Shown: positions 50,601 to 64,000 of the stretch, in pieces
How positions within the stretch are numbered: position 1 is the stretch's first letter
Layout of the letters: each line of letters opens with the position of its first letter
Assembly: GCA_051294905.1 (NCBI GenBank)
Contig: CM119379.1
Span: forward strand, 23,436,001-23,500,000
Direction: 5' to 3'
Length of the DNA: 64,000 nucleotides
Origin: Botryllus schlosseri
Lineage: Eukaryota
Notes under the pieces: model-generated
Seen by the model: the letters and a program-made list of their open reading frames with translations, nothing else
Told to the model about the DNA's origin: nothing
Databases searched by the model: none
Program-made: the position numbers and the translations under genes

Positions 50601-53600
50601 TCCTGAATACCTATATGCCAATCTCGAATAGACAGGGCATAGGCGTGAAGCTAGCGGAATACGTTATTTAGGACCACACTACATGCGGTGATCTTGCACG
50701 TACACGGAGATTGATCAGGTGCACACTGCACAGCTCCAGAACGTGAATTAAAGCAACCTTTAGACCTTTACTCATCAATTAGGAGTTGATTGAGTCAGAG
50801 ATACTCTTGTTTGTCGAATGGGAATTAAAGTTGTCCATAAAATGTTATCGGAGTTTTATCTTTCAGATATTTCACGAAATCGAGGACAAGGTCCGACTTT
50901 GCAGCACCATTACAATGACCTAGGTTGCAAATACATGCGACGAGTAGTTACACTGTCTTCTATATAAGAAGTGGGAATGTGTATCTAATCTCTGAATTTT
51001 GATGTGTATGTGTATGTGTAATGTTTTGGTGGCATGCAATATTTTTAACCTCATATAGGACCAAAATGATACGAATTCCTATCCTCCGAAGGAGAGGCAT
51101 AGAAATTTGTTTGGTTGCTGTACTAGCGCGAGTTACTATTCAGGCTCATATCCATGAACGCGCGAATGCTAATGAGAAGAAGGTATAGGCAGGTGTCGCT
51201 TCGTGCGTTTCAAGTTTAATTATGTGATAACAATCTAACAGCAAGAAAGGCGTGACAGAACGGAATTGTCGTCAGTAAGAGATATTTGGTTTTTCAAGAC
51301 CACACATGTCACATAATTACTAAACGAGGAAATATTGCTTTAGCCTTATTACCGCCCATGATGGCTTGTGTGGTTGTACATCTGCAAGCAGTTTCCGGAG
51401 AGATATTGAAAATTAAGCACACAGCTGAAGATAGAGAATGCAACCCTGTTGAAGTAGAGGGTGATGTTGGAATTGCACTTCAGTCGCAACATATGGTTCA
51501 TATTTTACTTGATTTCGCAGATACATGGTTGATAACTAATATTGATATTTTACAAATGTGCGTCACGAAAGATGTAACGTCCTAATTGCAATCATTAGTG
51601 CATTTGTAGCCCCTATCATTCGCGTATACCCTATGACAAAAATATTTATTCTAATACGCTTTTCGAATTCATTCGGTAAAAATGTACATGTTTTGATTTT
51701 CTGGACAAGGAATAATCATAGGCAGATATTTACTTTTGTTGCATCATAATTATTAGCAATAAATCATTCCTGTTACTCATACACTACTGGGAAGTTATTA
51801 TTAATACCACAGACCTGGATCACATCTGGAATACTATTGAAACCGGACTGATAAAAGTAGATGTGCCAGAAGAGTCAAACACTTGAATCATTGTCTGAAT
51901 TAGGCTACTTGTACATTGTACAAGTTATATTTGAAGTAAACTTTCTATTGAAGTCTTTCAACTTTTATAATAAAGTAGATTATCGCATATACCAAGGATG
52001 TAAACGGCTTGCGCATATAATATATATATATTTGTATAATTGACTCCCGTAGCATTGCTGGTGGTAAATATTGCATTTGTCAATAAAAGTGTCACGTCTG
52101 GGTTCGCCGATGTCAATATATCTGGAGTGGACTAAGGGGATTTTGTTATGGCAAGGAAAGTCTAACTTTGTTCTTTCCCGCAAACGTGGCAAATCGAATG
52201 CAGAGGGTTGTTTATGTCCCTGTAATTGAATTATAAGTACGGTAGGTTGAGTGTGAAAGGTTGATGAGATTGCGCTTAATTTTACGGCTATCCGTGTCAT
52301 TATAAGGAGGCACATATTCCCTATATGATTATGATTTTCGTATTAATCTGGCTTTCAACGCAGCACGGCTTTTGCAACAAATTGTATAATGAAATGTACA
52401 TAGTATGTCCTCCTATGCCTCGGGTAGATACTCCCGGACAAAAGATAATTTGATAATATGTATACATGACATTAATTAATCACAACCATTGACCATGAGT
52501 TTCAAATCCACTGCGAATTAATGGCGATAAATACCGTTAAATATACTATGATGGATTTCGTGTTGGTTCATCGTCTGTATTTAAGTGCAAGTTACACTAA
52601 TTATTATATTTTACTGATGATATCATTGAAATAGCTAAGATTTATATATTGTTTTAGACTTTATGGTAGAGGTGAGCTAAAAAACGAACGAAAAAATGGA
52701 CAGTTCACCGTGAAACAGCTAAATTATTTATACTATATCAAGCACACGCAGTCAAAGGACACGGGTTGTTGAAATAGCATTGCATCGAAAATATAATAAT
52801 TCGCAAAACGCTGTTAAAGCAGCAGTGAGTAGAATATATGCTTGCCTTCACAGCAGAACAACTTTTATTGATGTGGATTTCAGAAGATCTAAACGGGCAT
52901 TTGCAGCTAATACTCCATATTGCAACGTAACGTTAGGTTATGTTTATTTTCAATCCTGCACAATGAAGCTAGTAAAAGCTCCCTCTTAAAAATGAAAAAC
53001 GATGCAAACGATACAAGAAAAGGTTGGCCGATTCACAAAATGGCGGGGAATTCTCTCTAATTTCAATCCCACTTATTGGTTTGTGTCAATTGGACAACTC
53101 GAGCGGGCGAAGGCATGTGCTTTTAACGATCCAGGTCAGAGTCACGAGTGACTGCAATTTCTAATACTTCGATTCACCCTCCGGTGAAGTGTCGTATGTG
53201 TTTTTAAAGAAAGCATAGGTCAATATGTTGAGCTTTGTTGAGTCCGTAAGACTCTTTACCCGACCGCATAATTACGCTGTGGATTAAACGCAAGAAAATA
53301 TGAACGAATGCGGTTCACAAGGTTTGTACATCGGACCGTTGTCTGGCAGATAGATAGTGATTTGATGGGAAACGGTGGGGGAGTCAGCGAGGGAATCACA
53401 TGACGTTAAGCGCTTATGAGTGAATATCAGAAAACGTCAATCGCCTAAATCATAAAATGGTAGTTTGGTGGTTACCGCCAGGGTTTGCGTATACCTCATT
53501 GCAAATTAAACATTTGCAGCAGCTATATCTGCAAATCAAGTATAGGCTGTTCCAGTGTTAATAGTTTATACGTACATTGTTTTAAGATATAATGATATGT

Positions 53601-56600
53601 TACTGCTTTCTGTACACGGTAGAATGCCTTGTGCGGCCGGCCTGCGCAGTAGATTTGATAAATTTCTGGACGGAATGCGTTTCGGTTGGTAATTGCGAAA
53701 TGACACTAGAACGGGACTCAGCAACCCGCGATTTCCAAACGTCATTCCTAATGAGGGCGATTACGATATTCATTTGTATTGCAAAAGTTCTGTTAAACAG
53801 TATACACTGTGAATAGCAATAAAGTAAGATACGCCGCGCGTGTGTCTCGACATTGCGTTTATATTTAATGAACATATACGTTAATTTCGGGCTAATCATT
53901 ATATTAAATTCGGTACGATAAATTCATACGATCTTGTATGGATCTCTCTGTATATATGGGTCCGGATTTGAAATTGATTGGTAGTAGTCTATATGGAGTG
54001 GACATTGGGCATGTTATCATTTCTCCATTGTATGATTTGCAATCGTGCGATCGATTCAGTTTGTTCATAATAGATCGCTCTTATACGCCCGAGTCGACAT
54101 TGTTTCGAAAAGAACGGATTGCTTCAGAAAGAATTATATATGTTCGCCATTTTGTGTGTACGCTGTGGGCCGGTAAGCACCTTTCGCAGCATAGTTAATC
54201 TCTTTCTGAAAAGCAAAAATACAATATGCTGACATTAACAATGCATTTGTACGATCAATGCAGAGTTAATTCAAGAAGCCCCCGATCTATTGGATCATAG
54301 TGAAAGTGGAGCGTAAATATTTCATGATATTGGTGTAACTAAATGATTGTTTGTCGAACAATTCGAAGATTGGCTTACAGTCTGGCAGGTACATTTCAAG
54401 TTACTGTTGTCTTGTAATTCGGTCCGATGAACGATTTTGACGAAGTCACGATTTTCTACATACTGTTAAGGGAGCGTTCTGTGAGAAGGCTTCGGATTTA
54501 CTATTCTATGTCCTCGTAAGTTGTTGGGTGCCACTGATTGGTAAGTTATTGCCACCAGTTGAAAATAAAAAAAGAGTGTCATCTTTCAAACTAATATAAA
54601 TCATCGTTTCAGTACAATACGTTGATGTCACCTGAAGCAGCATTCTAATTGCGAAAGTCCGATGTAGAGATCCCGTACTGACACATATATAGTATACTAT
54701 GGGTAGAGTACGTTTGGTAGTCTTGATGCTTATTGCCCATAACAGTATTGGGATGACTCCAGTCACATTTACTCTGCAAAGTAGTCTGAACCTCTCAGCC
54801 GCACTGGAAATGACCACATCATCTATGTCAGTGCTTCCAAAACCATTGGCGGGTCCCGAAGCATTTCTAAATGTTACAGTTTTCTATTTAATATGTCATC
54901 GAGGGCTGCATTTGGTTGTTATGTAATGCCAGCAATATTCCAATTCAGTGATTTTTGTCGTAGTGGACCCATTTTTTACCGTCACGGACCCCCGCGAACC
55001 CCCACAAGTTTTAGTTTAAATTTAGCTCAATTATGGTGCAACCGTAATCTGCCATGTGCAAATTTTAATGATAGGGTAGTGATACACAGCAGCAAGATGA
55101 CCTTATTTTTATAAATAGCATTATACTATATGTATAAATTTGGCGTTTGTAATATTTCAGAACGAATTCTGCCGCTGCGTCACAGGAGAAAATGGACTCT
55201 GTGGCGAGGTTATAATCTTTCCTGGAAGACATCAGGAAAATATCACTATAGGAATTTCAATTTCAAACTACTGTTCAATAATTTTCTGAGACTGACAACT
55301 TCAAATCCAAAATATTTTTTTTTTTTTTTTTTTCACAAACCCAACCATCAGTAATTTGGAAATTAAAATGAGTATGCTCAGTGGGATATTTTATCTCTGA
55401 CGGTCATTTTGTTGATGTGAGTCCTGAATTTTAGTGGTTATGAACAAAACTGCTTCTTGAATTTCCTAATTTAGAAAACTACAAACAAGATTATCAATTA
55501 TATCTCATGATAGGTCGCGAATTGAAAAGGGTTGTTGCGAAGCACTGGATCTAAGCCAATCCTTTATTTTCGAGATTCCATTTTCATTTACGTATTTTAT
55601 ATTGTTAATTCCATCGCAAGAGGCACCAACATCATATCATATCACTACAATCATCATGCTGAAACTTGTTTAATAATTGCATGGCATGTGTTTTACATGT
55701 GATAGCCCTACTATGGCTCCGCGCAGTTGAACATCGGATTTCACACATGCCCGAGTCCATCTGAAGCCATATCTCTGGGCTTGTGAATAAATAGGATTTA
55801 CGATCGCCAGTGATGGGCGATAGTTCGTTTTGGAATGATGCTGTAGGCTACTTTATGCGCCGCTTCGGTCGGTCAATAATGATCTGCATGGATGCTGCGA
55901 AGGCAGCATTGCGCAGAGCTCCAATAGTATCAATGTTCAACATTCAGTTGAGTGGTTGTTATATTAAGAATTCAAGTTGGCCCTTTCTTGACTACTTCTA
56001 CGAAATTAATTGGTAAAAGCAAATTTATCCTACAAGCTCAAACATGATTACTATTTACTAATATGCTCTGTATATAGCAGTTCGGCACTACGCCTATACA
56101 CATACAGCCTTCATGCAACATCTCAGTCAATAAACGTCGCTGACATGGAATTATACTCCCACAATATTTAGCATGGAGTATCTCCGTGAGGAGCATTCTC
56201 AAAGACTCACATAAATAACCTGTGACTCATATCGTCTTGGTAGTGCAGAAACGGCATGGAACCAAGTTTGACAAGTTATGCGTGGTCAAGTCAATATGCA
56301 TATACTTCTGCATCCGTATATTTAATGAAACGACACAAATCGAGAATGGTTGATAACTCGAAATCGGGAAATCCTAGAGGAATTGGCTTGACTTTGATAT
56401 TTTGCGTGTCGTGCGGCGCGAAGGTAATGACTTGATCCCGACACTGTGTTATAATAATATAGTGTCGTCACCATCGAGACGAGGTGTGCATCATCTAAAT
56501 TAGGAAACGATGGTTGGATCATTGTGATATACAGAATGCCTATCCATAATTAAATGTATGCTTATAAAAATAGTGGGTTAATTTGAAAATCGTAAAATAT

Positions 56601-56781
56601 CCACGTTTGTTCGGTCACCGAGACAGTGCGCAATCATCGTATTTTTAGACTTTTAGAATGCAACTAAAAATCACGGATTTCCCCCTTCGGGACTATGGGG
56701 ACATTCATTCACGATATACTACCAATGAGCGAAGATATGACCGCCGATCAATATGAATACCGGATTCTGTTACATTTATAT

Positions 56782-57199
56782 TAGTGCAGGGAGGATCGAC
56801 AAATTCTCTAGTCCGACTCCGATCCTGTTTCCTGAATTCTCTGGTCCGGCTCCGGTTCGATTCATAGGCCGGATTTTTGAAATGGCCGTGATCCGGTCCG
56901 AGAAACTCCGATAATAATCATCTACGGTTGCTTGTTTCTAGTAGACTACAAAACACTAGATTTTACGGTACGATTTCAGGTTATATATTGAATAGTATAT
57001 AGCAACAACAAAAACATATGACAATAAAAACTCAGTTTTGTATTGAACTCAGGTTAGTATTCGCGGCTACAGGCGCGCAATTGGTTGCTACAAAAGTAAC
57101 GCTCATCAATAGCCTCAATAGCGATTCTAATCATATCAAAAAAGTACGATTCCGCTCCGGCCAAAAGTCCAGTCCGGCCCCGGTTCAGGCCCCGATCTA
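56782..57199. mobile_element. Probable hAT MITE with (CCGG/GATCC)-rich subterminal repeats
   Basis: Flanked by ATTTATAT at 56774-56781 and 57200-57207. TIRs are degenerate (tagtgcaggg / cccgatcta). Confidence 0.5.
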
Positions 57200-59990
57200 A
57201 TTTATATACGGAGGGTTGTATTATCGGTCACAGCATTTATTTGATCTGGGTTATAAACGTTATTGCAGTCCAAAATAAGCCATGCCATAATTTTAAAAAG
57301 TAAGAGATTATCACTGTTGACAGTTTTGAGGGTCCATGTGCTCGACTGTGCTCGTGAGCTATGATGAGATGTGTAGTTGATCTCGATTTTGTAAAATGTA
57401 GTGTTTTCGCTAAACTCGCGGCCGCCAAACAGTGTATTGACAAATCGGTAAACATGCAATTGTCGGATTTGATTGGGGATATGTTCCGAAAATTTTATTT
57501 CCAGTGGCTCTATAATTCAAAAATATTCGTCGAGACATCCATGATACGCTGACGCTCCGTTAAATGGTACATTTGTATTTTAGGTAAAAGATCCCAAAAT
57601 CTGGATTAAACGACTCAAATTAGTGGTAACGCTGAAATTAGCAACTTTAAAATACGTATTTCAGAACATTATGGTTTCCAAAATGTCAATGAACGAGGAT
57701 TGTCAAACGTTGCAGGACAATTTCTGTAAAAAGCCATGGTGTATTTTATCGGTCACAAGCTTGGGCGTATAAAAGTTTTAATAATGTTAAAAGCTGTACA
57801 GATATGTCTTCTAATGTTAGTTGCGACACATTTACTAAATATTATATCGGGAAGTACAATCTGGTGTACAGGTTAGCACTATTCACTATTCCGCATTTAT
57901 TTTTAACCAATAGGTTATATCGAGAGTTTATCTTCGTTTTATTACACATCTTCGAGTTGGATAGTTGGCGTAGATCATTATAAATGCGAAATAATTGCCT
58001 GCGAAACGCAAATATAGTTGCTATTCGTGCTTGTTAGCGATGAACGTGTAATACACATGTTGAAAATACCTGCGGCTTCCATATTATTCGCGGCATACAG
58101 ATTGTTGAGTTTGTGTTGATCAATTTCTCCTTATCAGTTGTTATCGGGTTCGCACTAGAACAAATGTGGCGGACGCCAGGAAAAAATGCGGTGCAACCGA
58201 GATTACTATATTCGAGACAATTTGTATAGTGAAGCGTTTTTGCAGCTTTACCCGAGCGCTGGAGGCACCTGTCCACGCTAAAATAAATCCCCATTCCAGA
58301 TTTCAACGAAGGGTGACGAGGGGTGACACTTTCTTGCTACAAAGCTGAGCGACTAGTAAGATCGCAGATCGGCCCGTCAGTGACAGATATAACAAGGAAG
58401 CCGCGAGGGCAAGTTCGTGTCGGGTATTGTTTGCTTTGCTATCGCCCGTACTCGTCAGTGTCGCTTCATTGCCTTTCTGTACAATTGGATAAGCCGAGTG
58501 CTTTTGGATTTCAATCGGGGCGTTCGGCCGACGAAAACACCTGATACGACCGCGCTGGACGGGCATAATGTTTGACACCAGACTTCCTGATTTTTTGAAC
58601 GAATATTTATATGTGAAAATCTTACACGGGTACAAAAACCAATACAGTAACACCTGTCCAATTGATGAACAATATTCGAAGGTGTCGTATCGGGGCATGC
58701 AAATCACACGCTAAGCTTAGACAGCAATTTCGGGTCACAACGGATCGTATTTTTATAATCGGTAGTAGTTCATCAGCATATAGTACAAAACGGAGTTATT
58801 TTCGCCGTTTTGTCACAAAACTTAATTGTAAGATTACCGTCAAAACATTTGCGCCTTTTGATATGTACATTAGTAATGGAGTAAACATGCGTGTTTGTAT
58901 GAATCCACATTCATGAGCGACGATTCATGCCGCTGAAGTCAATGAAATACGATGCAATGAGATATTCATACAAGATATATATGGTCACAGTTTGCAAACT
59001 ATTTAGATTGGACTTGACTGACTGGTAGACTGGTACGTCACGTTTTTCTATGGGGCACCCTACGTTTAGCTATGGTAAAATAAGGTCTCTTTATTGGCGA
59101 CCATTTCCCCCGTAGGTCTTGTGTTTGTTTGGGGTGTTTTTCTAAATGGCTGCGAAAATAAAATTTATGGAGTAAAATTCCAAATTCTCCATCCATTCCA
59201 CTCCATCATTGTTCTATATATAGCGCTTTCACGACGCGTTTCGCAAAATCTTAATCCGCTTCATGACATCGGCGAATTGCTGAATGATTTTTTAAAGATT
59301 TTTCTCACCTTCACTATTCGATGGCATTTTCTGCTTCACGCATTCTGCCGTCGCGTATCATAGCTCATCCATAGGCGGCTTAGTACTGTTGAAAAGTACT
59401 GTAACTGTGTCACTGCCTAGGTTAGCCTACTTAGTAGTGGCGTTGCGCGTTTTCGGTTCACAGCTAGGCAGGGATTATCAAAAAGAGACTTCTGCTTCCA
59501 ATGGACTATAGAGGTATATAGAAATGCCAGCAGCGCGCAGAAACTATTCTGGGTGCTTTATTCGATAATTTCGTAACAGGAGTATTATAATATATAAGAC
59601 TAAAATACTTAGCATATCAACCTTGTTTGAACGGAGGGCGATTAGCGACTTGTATTCGAAAGTACAGATTCCCTGAAGACGACATTTAGCAACGTAACTG
59701 CTGAGCCTTACGGCTCTTTTCAATGTATTTCAGCGCCTACCAACATTCAGATGCATATTGCACTGGTAAAGGTGCGATTTTTTTTTAGCACTTACAGCTT
59801 CGTCGATAGATTCTTCGTAAAATTATTGGCCAGCCGCAAAATCAACGTAACGTGTACGATGACAGTAAGAGTTGAAGCGGTCCCAAATAGCTTATACTGT
59901 AGTCGCATTATTTATGGTCGGGACGAGGTGAATTTACAGCAGAATGGATGAATTATCATACTATAATAATACTTCAACAATATTGCAGCA

Positions 59991-61380
59991 CAGGATCGTG
60001 GCTGCCGCACCGAGCCCCCAATTGGCGGGACCCGAGCTCGAAGACGGCCCAAAATGATTACGTAATTCCGCATAACGTAGAATACCATTGGGCAAATTTA
60101 TTAAACTTGAAACTTTTCTTCGCGCATACATCATTTACTGTCACCATATTTCTAGATTTTAATGTTGATAGCCCCACCGAAAAAAATAAAAAATATACGC
60201 GTAATTTACGGAAATATGCCCAACTGTACTCGCCATTATGAGAAGACGGCGTATCAATATTCCTATAGGGGCCGTTTTGATGCCATATTCTATTGGTGTA
60301 CAACCTGCTGGTGTGATGCCAACATACAATGACATTTAAGCGCCGATGATATCCGCCCCAAGACCTACCACCATATATAGGCTATATGTGTTGGAGGTTT
60401 ATCTAGGTCCCTCCTCGCCATCTCATGCGTGTACGCTGTGTCTTACAAAATCCTAGAAGTGGGTCGTGCTACAAGTCGGCAGCAACCGAATAAAAATGAA
60501 GGAGATTGACCTGGTGTAAATGACCATAGTAGTCGACAAATACCACGAATACCACAAACAACTACAACATAAATGGAGTTTCATCCAACACGCGACTCCG
60601 CAAGCGCGCGGTCAAGAGGATAGGCGGCCATTAAACCTTGGCAACAAAAGACCATAGCATGTTGGCCGAAACCTTCAAAATTGGCATGGCCATTCGCAAA
60701 AATAGCCGAAGACGAATATACATGTTTCTGCATTCTGAGCCCGTGGTACAAGTGTGACCCACATAGTAAAATAATGCGCGCAGTGCAGTACTGAGAATTT
60801 GAAATTTTAAGCATCTCACGAAAAGATTTTTGGTCTGGTACGATGTGAGCGATTCCAATATAATCCGAGTAGCGACAATCTTTTTCAGAGGTTACACATC
60901 GACAGGGTGATGAATAACAGTGGGTCCTCTCGGATATAACCCGTGTGAATGCAGATGGCTTACGATGTTGATTGTACTGTACAATTACGTGACCTACATT
61001 TTCGAACTAAGCAATCATCACCTCCCGCATGCATCAGCTCTACCGGTGAATCTGATCACATGGGCTGGAAAGTAAAAAAAAGTATTGGCAATGTATGCAA
61101 GTAACAAATGTAGGCAGATTGAAATAAAGATATGTCTTGCGTTGGCTTTCCGGTATCGGATCATTCGTGTATTGTGTAATACCAACTTGATTCGCTCCGG
61201 AAACAGTATGTACGGTTGTGTGTATTTGTTAATCGTATGTGTGAAGGGTGTTTGTGAGATGACTTGTAGACGAAATGGGTGTCTGGTGACAAAGCTCCCT
61301 AGAAGTTGGGTTGAACATTCTAAGGGGGCGCACGACCAGCTTTTTTATTCTTGGGAAAGAGTTGTTACGACACGGCCCTG
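59991..61380. mobile_element. CAGGGCCGTAAC-family non-autonomous element with nested SINE
   Basis: Left end matches 23995-24090 (ctgccgcacc...gagctcgaag...cccaaaat). Internal cagctctaccggt motif at ~61035. Right end acacggccctg. No TSD preserved. Confidence 0.6.
60340..60572 (+). mobile_element. SINE family 2 copy
   Basis: ggaggtttatctagg...cctcctcgcc...cctagaagtgggtcgtgctacaagtcggcag...aaatgaccatagtagtcgacaaa, nearly colinear with 38298-38480. Confidence 0.75.
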
Positions 61381-61770
61381 TAGCCGAATATATCAGGCGA
61401 AATACGTTCAAAGCGGGATATAATTTATCTGGTGTGACTAAATGACACTGTGTATGTAGATAAGATTCGAACACCAGTTCGCAGAATCAGGTGTCAGAGT
61501 CATCTGACTGAAACGATGGATAAGTTTATAGAAGAACAACTATGTAGTGGACCCACACCAACCTGCCAATTCAATATATTCATGGTAGAATTTCTGTTGG
61601 GTTGAAGGCTTAATCAAGTTCTTTAATTGGTTAATATTTGTTATAATTGTAGTAGTATTGACATGTTGAAATTGCACTGTTCGTTATGTTATTAATCAAG
61701 ATTTTACACGTATAACCTTATGATATTTTCTTTTTATAACTAGATTGACAGATATTGCAGCAGATTATAG

Positions 61771-63519
<1,749 letters not shown>

Positions 63520-63556
63520 TTTAGGCTACGTAGGCATATATCCTGTGGTTTAGCAG

Positions 63557-63744
63557 CAGGGCTGTGGAGTCGGTAAATTTTACCACCGACTCCGGCTCCG
63601 ACTCCGACTCCACACATTCTCAATATACCGACTCCGACTCCGACTCCGACTCCTGAGTCTTTAAACGTACCGACTCCGACTCCGACTCCGACTCCTGGGT
63701 CTTTAAACGTACCGACTCCGACTCCCGACTCCGACTCCGACTCC
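63557..63744. mobile_element. (GACTCC)n MITE (CAGGGCTGTGGAGTCGG terminus) in the putative FoxL2 3' UTR
   Basis: Left terminus cagggctgtggagtcgg, hexamer arrays and two tandem ~42-bp units. The right TIR is incomplete. Confidence 0.7.
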
Positions 63745-63902
63745 AGCATTATTACCAATTTACCTCGAAAATTATATGCCACATTGTCGGTTGAATGACT
63801 ATCATACAACCATTAAACATATGCAAACATATGATTAACTGTGGCATGCTGAATTGTTTCATTGTTGCACAGCTCGAATTATCCACCATCTAATTAACAT
63901 GA

Positions 63903-63908
63903 AATAAA
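63903..63908 (+). terminator. Candidate poly(A) signal of FoxL2
   Basis: First AATAAA after the FoxL2 stop, ~385 nt downstream. Confidence 0.4.
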
Positions 63909-64000
63909 GATTTGCTAAATATCCTTCCTTATTCAAGTTGTTATAACATGGACTCTCTAATATCCTGAAATGTATGAATCATTCAAATATGGCAGGTATC

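Overview
Eukaryotic (animal) genomic DNA, AT-rich, spliceosomal GT-AG introns with a tight short-intron mode of 56-73 nt. It is probably an invertebrate chordate such as an ascidian; this is inference from intron sizes, the multi-exon GPCR and the invertebrate-type DUOXA. Four protein-coding genes were reconstructed by hand. On the minus strand: IQCA1/DRC11 (17 exons, 3' end runs off the window), a 10-exon class A peptide/chemoattractant-type GPCR with a ~100-aa extracellular loop 2 that stops only ~710 bp upstream of the IQCA1 ATG, and a 9-exon DUOXA with no DUOX partner in the window. On the plus strand: single-coding-exon FoxL2 with a long N-terminus, preceded by ~27 kb with no recognisable coding sequence. 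Introns and intergenic DNA carry many non-autonomous hAT-type elements (8-bp TSDs, some nested three deep), tRNA-derived SINEs and a LINE 3' relic. No transposase, CRISPR or prokaryotic features were seen. I found no clearly new biological system; the best leads are the unusual GPCR, its possible operon-like linkage to IQCA1, and the DUOXA-FoxL2 arrangement.
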